This document shows, piece after piece, positions 57,938 to 64,000 of a stretch of 64,000 nt of DNA; position 1 is the first letter of the stretch; each line of letters opens with the position of its first letter. The notes beneath the pieces were generated by a model. It made no database searches. It was not told the origin of the DNA and worked only from the letters and a program-made list of their open reading frames with translations. The DNA is from an uncultured Bacilli bacterium (GTDB lineage Bacteria > Bacillota_I > Bacilli_A > RF39 > UBA660), in the NCBI GenBank assembly GCA_934101625.1, contig CAKORV010000001.1, positions 66,121 to 130,120 of the forward strand, read 5' to 3'. Both the position numbers and the translations under genes were made by a program.

Positions 57938-58946
57938 CAACTGTAACTCCCAATAATTCACACGCTTTATTTAATGAAATAATACCATCTATTTCTAACT
58001 TATAAACCAATTTCTTATATTGATAAGATTTTTCTGGCTCGATTGGATTAGGATCGTTCTTTCCAATTTTTTGACCTAAAAGTATACTAAACTTTTTATA
58101 TAAATATTCTGAAATTATATTTAATTCATGCAATCTATATATAATAGCACTATAACTTACTTTATATTCATTTTTAAATGCTTTCAATTCAAAAAAACTA
58201 ATATTCTTTCTTGAAGTACCAAATTCATTTATAATTGCTTCTTTTGGCATTAAAAGTGAACTAGCAAATCTATTACAAACTTTTTCTGCATCTAGTTTAT
58301 CATCGATTTTAAGTAAAAGATGTCCTAACTCATGAGCAATAGTAAATCTTTGTCTAGCACCATCTCTTATATCATCTAACAAAACAATAACAGGAATATT
58401 ATTAACATATTCATTCATACCATCAAAATCACTAAATTGATTATTAATGTTTTCAACTTGTATTATAATAATACCTAAATTTTCTAATATATTAATTAAA
58501 TCAGAAATAGGTTGTTTATTAGATATTTCTATATAATTTCTAAACTTATTTGCTACTTCTTCTGCCTCTTTTAAACTTTTACAATTATATAATTTTAATT
58601 TATTATTAACAGAATTAATATTATTCATTTCTAAAACTTCTATATATTTGTAAACATTAATTTTAATTAAATCTTTCAATAATTCCAATTTTTTACCAGT
58701 TAATCTTTGCTTTTTTCTAAAAGAAACAAACTTCATTTCAGGCATATCATAAACTTTTAAAAGTTCAATTGACTTAACATTATATGCATTGGCAAACTCA
58801 ATAATTTTAGTTGAATCAGGAATAATTTTTCCATTTTCATATTTTGATACAGCAGTAGCCGACATATTTAGTAGTATACCAGCATCTTTAAGAGATAAAT
58901 TTTTTAATAATCTAATTCTTTTTAGATTTTCTCCAATTTCGTTCAT
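57906..58946 (-). CDS. XRE-family HTH fused to an ImmA/IrrE (COG2856) zinc metallopeptidase domain
   Basis: HTH LKRIRLLKNLSLKDAGILLNMSATAVSKYENGK and HExxH FTIAHELGHLLL. Confidence 0.8.
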   Translation of the reverse strand: MNEIGENLKRIRLLKNLSLKDAGILLNMSATAVSKYENGKIIPDSTKIIEFANAYNVKSIELLKVYDMPEMKFVSFRKKQRLTGKKLELLKDLIKINVYKYIEVLEMNNINSVNNKLKLYNCKSLKEAEEVANKFRNYIEISNKQPISDLINILENLGIIIIQVENINNQFSDFDGMNEYVNNIPVIVLLDDIRDGARQRFTIAHELGHLLLKIDDKLDAEKVCNRFASSLLMPKEAIINEFGTSRKNISFFELKAFKNEYKVSYSAIIYRLHELNIISEYLYKKFSILLGQKIGKNDPNPIEPEKSYQYKKLVYKLEIDGIISLNKACELLGVTVDEYNKEDNNY

Positions 58947-59100
58947 ATTATCACCTCAGTTTATATTTTAACATTAAAAAGAAGAAATGTAAACTAATAA
59001 AGTGAAATTAGACTATAAATAAAATGTTGTGTTTTTTGATTGTGGACATTGTGATATAATATAGAAGTAATATTAAAAGGTTCGTTATGGAGGTTAAATT

Positions 59101-59379
59101 ATGACCGATAAAGAAATAAAATTTTATAATAAAAGATTATTAAAAATAGATTTAGCACTAGAAAGTTATGTTGATTTTTATAATGATAAGCCAAACAAGT
59201 TAGTACAATTAAGAAAACAGTTAAGACTTTATAGAATAGAAAAAGATAAAATGACTGATGAAGAAAAATTTAACAATTGTAAAAGCTTAGTTGACAAGTA
59301 TACTAAACTTATTAATGAAATTGGAAGAGATAAATTTGAATTTTATGATGATGGAGATGTAATTTGTATATCAAAATAA
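59101..59379 (+). CDS. hypothetical small helical protein
   Basis: GGAGG RBS and an extended -10 (GTGATATAAT) upstream. No motif. Confidence 0.4.
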   Translation: MTDKEIKFYNKRLLKIDLALESYVDFYNDKPNKLVQLRKQLRLYRIEKDKMTDEEKFNNCKSLVDKYTKLINEIGRDKFEFYDDGDVICISK

Positions 59380-59539
59380 AACATTGGATTTTTATTTAGA
59401 GAATTGACACTTACAATTAATAGTGGTAATATACATAACCAATAGGAATAATATCGTAATTATTCCTTGATAAAAGGTGGTGATTGAAAATACTTTTGCT
59501 TAATTTCTAAACAAAGATAATAATAAGGAGAGTGAGTAT

Positions 59540-59932
59540 ATGTCAAGAAAAACTTTAGAAGACTTTGAAAATTCAGATGGTTCATATGATTATCAAGCGT
59601 ATGCAGATTATTTAGAATCAGCAGAATGTGCTGATGATGAGGGTTATGATATTTATGCGGATGTGGATGGAAATATATATGAAAGAACAGATGGAAGCTG
59701 GACCATTGGTCATGGCCATAATAATGTAAATGATCCAAGAGATCCAAGAGAGCCAAATGATCCGAAATCATATGGTAGAAAATGGAAAAATCCATGGTTA
59801 AAGTATGTTGAAAAATTAAATTTGACACAGGAGGAAATTGAATTATTAAATAGTTTATGTACATTTGATGGAATAAATGTAGATAAGAATTTAAGCGCAG
59901 ATGAATCAAAATTAATATTAAAAAGAAAATAA
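59540..59932 (+). CDS. hypothetical acidic protein
   Basis: AAGGAGAG RBS. TTGACA/TAATAT promoter at 59404-59431. The longer antisense ORF was rejected. Confidence 0.45.
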   Translation: MSRKTLEDFENSDGSYDYQAYADYLESAECADDEGYDIYADVDGNIYERTDGSWTIGHGHNNVNDPRDPREPNDPKSYGRKWKNPWLKYVEKLNLTQEEIELLNSLCTFDGINVDKNLSADESKLILKRK

Positions 59933-59968
59933 AAAAATAGAAAAATAGAAAAGTAAAAGTAGATTTGT

Positions 59969-60721
59969 ATGGAAAATATTCTAAGTATCTTATACAATAA
60001 TTCAATAAAATTTAAGACTATTGATCAAAAAGATATAGAAAAAATCATAGAAATTATTATATCTGAAAAGCATTTAGATGCATATATTTTAAATATGAAT
60101 ATTCAATCAACAAGAAGCAATGTACTTGCTTCTTATTCTAATTATACAAAGACAATAACGATTTATATTAATTTAATTAACAAAATGATTTATGACATAA
60201 AAAAAAGCAATGAGATGGTTAATGAATGTGAAAAACATTTATATTATAATTTGTTAATATTACAAGTTTTACTGCATGAAGTGGAACATGCCAATCAACA
60301 AAAAATTGCATATAGTGAAAATAGTTTAGAGGCTTTAATTTTAAGATTATCGTATTTAGTAGATGATGGATATAGTGAAAAATTGTATGAATATTGTCCT
60401 GAAGAAAGATTTGCAGAAATAAAATCTGTTGGAGAAATTTTATATTTAATTGAAACTTTTTGTGAAAAATATAATAAATTACATGAAGCCTTTATATTAG
60501 AAAAAAATATAAGACAATTAAGAGGATATCATTATAAAAATTCAAAAATTAATACTCCGTTAATAGACTATTTTACACTCGGAAAAAGAGAAAAAATTTT
60601 ATCTGATGTAGAATACTTAATTAAATCAAATAATCTTTTACTAGATGAAAGATTTAAGTATGGTTTTCCTATTTCAAAAGTTGAATATAGTCTAAAGCTT
60701 AAAAATATTTTGCTTAAGTAA
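59969..60721 (+). CDS. putative HExxH metallopeptidase, paralogue of the 230..991 product
   Basis: VLLHEVEHANQQK, CPEERFAEIKS and ERFKYGF align with matching motifs in the 230..991 product. Confidence 0.5.
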   Translation: MENILSILYNNSIKFKTIDQKDIEKIIEIIISEKHLDAYILNMNIQSTRSNVLASYSNYTKTITIYINLINKMIYDIKKSNEMVNECEKHLYYNLLILQVLLHEVEHANQQKIAYSENSLEALILRLSYLVDDGYSEKLYEYCPEERFAEIKSVGEILYLIETFCEKYNKLHEAFILEKNIRQLRGYHYKNSKINTPLIDYFTLGKREKILSDVEYLIKSNNLLLDERFKYGFPISKVEYSLKLKNILLK

Positions 60722-60769
60722 AATAAATTTATTATGATATAATATAATTGTGAAAGGTGGTTATTAATA

Positions 60770-61390
60770 ATGGAAATAAAAAGCGATGATTTAAAAAATT
60801 ATAAGGATTATGTTATTTACAAAGAAGGTTACAGGGTAGTATATTTTTATGAAAATTATCATGAAGTCGTTAAAGGAGTGTATGCAAAAAATATAAACGA
60901 TTTTATAAACTACTTGAAAAATGATAATATAAACATAAAGTCAAATAACATTGATGATATTCTTACTGCTTTTTTAGAGAATAATCCTAATGCATTAGGT
61001 GTAGCAATATATGACATAAATCAAAATTGTATAAAAAAGAAATTAAGAAAAAATATCAACATTATTAATAATTCTACGATATATAAAGAAGAACTAATTC
61101 ATGATTATAATAATGTTAAAGCAACAGAAGGGTATAGAATAATCTTTTTTAACAATGATGGTACCTATAGTGTTGGTCACTATTCTAAAACATTAGAAGG
61201 TTTTATGACAGATTTTGTAGAAATTGAACCAATTATGAGTAAAGATGATATACCAAAATTTATATCAATAGAAGATATATTAGACAGATACTTAAAAATG
61301 TATAATGAAATAAGAGGAGTAGCTTTATACAAAATTGATGGAACTTTAATGTCTAGAAAAGATAGAAATGATGTTTTAAGAAAAACATGA
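60770..61390 (+). CDS. hypothetical protein made of two tandem ~95-aa repeats
   Basis: KEGYRVVYFYENYHEVVKGVYAKNINDFINYL...GVAIYDIN matches TEGYRIIFFNNDGTYSVGHYSKTLEGFMTDFV...GVALYKID. Confidence 0.45.
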   Translation: MEIKSDDLKNYKDYVIYKEGYRVVYFYENYHEVVKGVYAKNINDFINYLKNDNINIKSNNIDDILTAFLENNPNALGVAIYDINQNCIKKKLRKNINIINNSTIYKEELIHDYNNVKATEGYRIIFFNNDGTYSVGHYSKTLEGFMTDFVEIEPIMSKDDIPKFISIEDILDRYLKMYNEIRGVALYKIDGTLMSRKDRNDVLRKT

Positions 61391-61457
61391 TTTCTTTTTT
61401 TCTTGCATATTTTCTAAATTGTGATAGAATAAAGTACAATTATTTGGAGATGTACTT

Positions 61458-63302
61458 ATGAAAAAAGAAGATTTAGAAAAATTAAAAAGTAAAATAGTTA
61501 AATTATCTGAAAAAGAACTAAAAGAAAGAGATAAATATTTACAAGGTTTAGCAAACGGCAAATTATCTGGACCATTAACTAATTATCAAAGTATAGATAA
61601 GCCTTGGTTAAAATATTATGATTTAAATATAGATAGTAATTTTTTTAATATGACTGTATATGAATCCTTAACTAAATTTAATAAAGAACATCTAAATGAT
61701 ATTGCCATTGAATATTTTGGTGCTAAAATTTCGTATAAAAAACTATTTGAAAATATTGATAAATTGGCATCATCTTTTAAAGCAAATGGTGTGAAAAAAG
61801 GAGATTTTATTACAATATGTGCTCCAGGTATACCAGAAACGGTTTACAGTTTTTATTCTCTATCTAAATTAGGTGCAGTTTCAAATATGATAGCACCTTA
61901 CTTTGATAAACAGGATTTTATAGATAGAATTTATGATTGTAAAAGCAAAATTTTAATTGTGATGGATAGTTTTTATGAAGAAATTAAAGATGCTGTTAGC
62001 AAGTCTATTATAGAAAAAGTAGTTATAGTTCCTTCCTTAAATTCCTCACCATTAAAAATACTAAATAAAAAATATAAAGTTAGTGGAAATGAAACATTGT
62101 GGAGTACCTTTATAAACGAAGGCAAAAATATATTAGATGTCAAAATGATACCTTATGAAAAAGATTTACCTTTGGTGATGGTCTATTCAAGTGGTACGAC
62201 AGGTGCTTCTAAAGGTATCCTTTTAACTAATGATAGTTTTCAAAATTCAGTTAGTGCATACTTTAAATCTGGTTTAGATATACATAGAAATCAAAAGTTC
62301 TATCAAATAATTCCAACATGGTATTCAACAGGAATTAGTACTTCAATTCATTTGCCACTAACTTGTGGTGCGACTATTTTTATGGATCCAAGGTTTGAAA
62401 GAGATATATTTATTAAAAATGTAATAAAAGCAAAACCAAATTATACACTAGCTCCTACCAGTATGTATGAAGGATTTCTTAATAATAAAAATTTAAAAAA
62501 TAAAGATCTTTCATATCTTACAAATGCTTTTGAAGGCGGGGAACCATTAAGTAAAGAATTAGGACTTAGAATTAACGAAGTATTTAAAAATCATAATAAT
62601 ACTTCAAGCATAAAAGTAGGCTATGGCCAATGTGAATGTGGTGCGACAATAACAACTCAGACTAATATAACTGAACATTGTAATGGCTCAGTGGGAATAC
62701 CTTTACCCGACATAAATATACAAATATGTGATGAAAACATGAATGAAGTTATGACAGGCATAAGAGGCCAAATAGTTGTAAATACGAAGTCAAGTATGTC
62801 TAAATATTTCAAAAATGAATCAGAAAGTAACAAATACTTTTATATTGATAAAAATGGACAAAAATGGAATTGTACGGGTGACATTGGATATATAGATTTA
62901 AATGGAAATCTATTTGTAGAAGGTCGTGCATCAGATTATTCAATAATAAATGGAGAAAAATTTTATAATTTTGACATAGAAAATATAATAAAGAATATAA
63001 AAGGAATAAAACTATGTGATGTATTACATAGAAATAAAGAAAATAATCAAGAATTAGTAGTTCATTTAATTATAGAAGAAAATAACAACTTGGATCCTAA
63101 CAATATTTTAAAAGAAATTCAAAATAAAATTTATGAAGTAACTGGGAATATAAATACGGTTCCACATGTTTTCAAATTTAGAAAAGAGTTCCCTTATGCC
63201 AAGTCAGGAAAAAGAGATACATTAAAAATGATGAATGAAACCGATGAATTTATAGAAATTGATTTTGTGGTAAAAACAGAAAAAATTTTAAAAAGAAAAT
63301 GA
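61458..63302 (+). CDS. AMP-dependent synthetase/ligase (acyl-adenylate-forming enzyme)
   Basis: YSSGTTGASKGI (A3), GYGQCECG (A5), TGDIGYIDLNGNLFVEGR (A8), KSGKRD (A10). Confidence 0.85.
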   Translation: MKKEDLEKLKSKIVKLSEKELKERDKYLQGLANGKLSGPLTNYQSIDKPWLKYYDLNIDSNFFNMTVYESLTKFNKEHLNDIAIEYFGAKISYKKLFENIDKLASSFKANGVKKGDFITICAPGIPETVYSFYSLSKLGAVSNMIAPYFDKQDFIDRIYDCKSKILIVMDSFYEEIKDAVSKSIIEKVVIVPSLNSSPLKILNKKYKVSGNETLWSTFINEGKNILDVKMIPYEKDLPLVMVYSSGTTGASKGILLTNDSFQNSVSAYFKSGLDIHRNQKFYQIIPTWYSTGISTSIHLPLTCGATIFMDPRFERDIFIKNVIKAKPNYTLAPTSMYEGFLNNKNLKNKDLSYLTNAFEGGEPLSKELGLRINEVFKNHNNTSSIKVGYGQCECGATITTQTNITEHCNGSVGIPLPDINIQICDENMNEVMTGIRGQIVVNTKSSMSKYFKNESESNKYFYIDKNGQKWNCTGDIGYIDLNGNLFVEGRASDYSIINGEKFYNFDIENIIKNIKGIKLCDVLHRNKENNQELVVHLIIEENNNLDPNNILKEIQNKIYEVTGNINTVPHVFKFRKEFPYAKSGKRDTLKMMNETDEFIEIDFVVKTEKILKRK

Positions 63303-63362
63303 ATTCAAATTAATTGATATTTATTTTCTTTTTTGTTATCATTATTATGGTGATAATAAGGG

Positions 63363-64000
63363 ATGACTAGTAAAACATTATTAATAATTTTTAGTTTAAT
63401 TTACATGTTTGGATTAATATATTTATATTTTTCAAAATCAAGACTTAATAATAAAGAAAACAAAGTTTATAAAATTATGCTAATAACTAATGTTATTGGC
63501 TTAATACTCCAATTAGCATGTGATTATGTTTCATATAAATATAATACTATACCAAAAATAATTTCTAGTATAATTTATAAATCCTATTTGGTATATTTCA
63601 TTGTATTTATAAATTTAATGTTACTATATTTAATAATTATAGTATTTAAAAAATATGAGAAGATTATGGTCAAAAGTAGTATCATAGTAACGATAGTTGA
63701 ATCTTGGATTATTTGTTTAGCACCCTATGAACTTTATCGAAATGTTGAAACTAAAACTTATTATACATTTGGCATTGCAATTAATTTATCATTTATATTT
63801 TCTGCAATTATATGTCTATTTATGTTTGTAGTTTTAATAATTAATCTTAAAAAAATATCAAAGAAAAAAAGTATACCTATATATTTATTAATAATTTCAG
63901 GAATAATAACGGCAATCATTCAACATAAATATCCGGACATTTTAATAATAACTGCCATGGAAAGTTATATATGCTGTTTAATGTACTTCACCATAGAAAA
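63363..64000 (+). CDS. polytopic membrane (sensor-like) protein, N-terminal part, runs off the right edge
   Basis: ATG at 63363 after GGTGATAATAAGGG. At least 6 hydrophobic spans and open to the window end. Not in the ORF track. Confidence 0.4.
   Translation, partial: MTSKTLLIIFSLIYMFGLIYLYFSKSRLNNKENKVYKIMLITNVIGLILQLACDYVSYKYNTIPKIISSIIYKSYLVYFIVFINLMLLYLIIIVFKKYEKIMVKSSIIVTIVESWIICLAPYELYRNVETKTYYTFGIAINLSFIFSAIICLFMFVVLIINLKKISKKKSIPIYLLIISGIITAIIQHKYPDILIITAMESYICCLMYFTIE

Noticed and set aside
59460-60005. 181-aa His-rich minus-strand ORF, plus the 95-aa ORF at 59710-59997
   Set aside because: It is antisense to the plus-strand gene 59540-59932, which has a strong AAGGAGAG RBS and a promoter. 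The minus-strand product is low-complexity and no RBS was seen.

Overview
AT-rich (about a quarter to 30% G+C by eye) chromosomal segment of a low-GC Gram-positive (Bacillota-type) bacterium using the standard code. Many starts sit behind a GGTGAT-type Shine-Dalgarno and extended -10 promoters (TGnTATAAT). Backbone content: a ~17 kb plus-strand wall-glycopolymer/teichoic-acid-like locus (3155-20365: acetyltransferase, Wzy-like protein, TagO/WecA-type transferase, GpsA, LtaS-like enzyme, GT2/GT4 transferases, TagG/TagH-type ABC exporter, MnaA-type epimerase, CDP-alcohol phosphatidyltransferase, Alg14/Alg13-like pair); pyruvate:ferredoxin oxidoreductase; an amidase with five LysM repeats; glmS with its ribozyme leader; an ArsR-type repressor plus P1B metal ATPase with two operators; a P2-type Ca-ATPase; an orphan Dam methylase; a single tRNA-Cys; a MarR/MacB-type ABC operon; an AMP-dependent ligase. 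No rRNA, CRISPR array, transposase, integrase or reverse transcriptase was seen. Most unusual signal: a 152-nt patch (48281-48432) at the 3-prime end of a 603-aa surface-protein gene. It is 59% G+C and has only 11 adenines, yet it stays in frame and keeps a lectin-like C-terminal motif. That is the signature expected of a diversity-generating-retroelement (DGR) variable region, but no template repeat or RT is in the window. Other items: an unannotated 40-aa double-glycine-leader peptide gene (24191-24313, minus), an XRE-ImmA/IrrE plus PIN-like two-gene module, clusters of uncharacterised HExxH and papain-like peptidases at both window ends, a strongly promoted 861-aa orphan protein beside decayed adhesin fragments, and several candidate structured RNAs.
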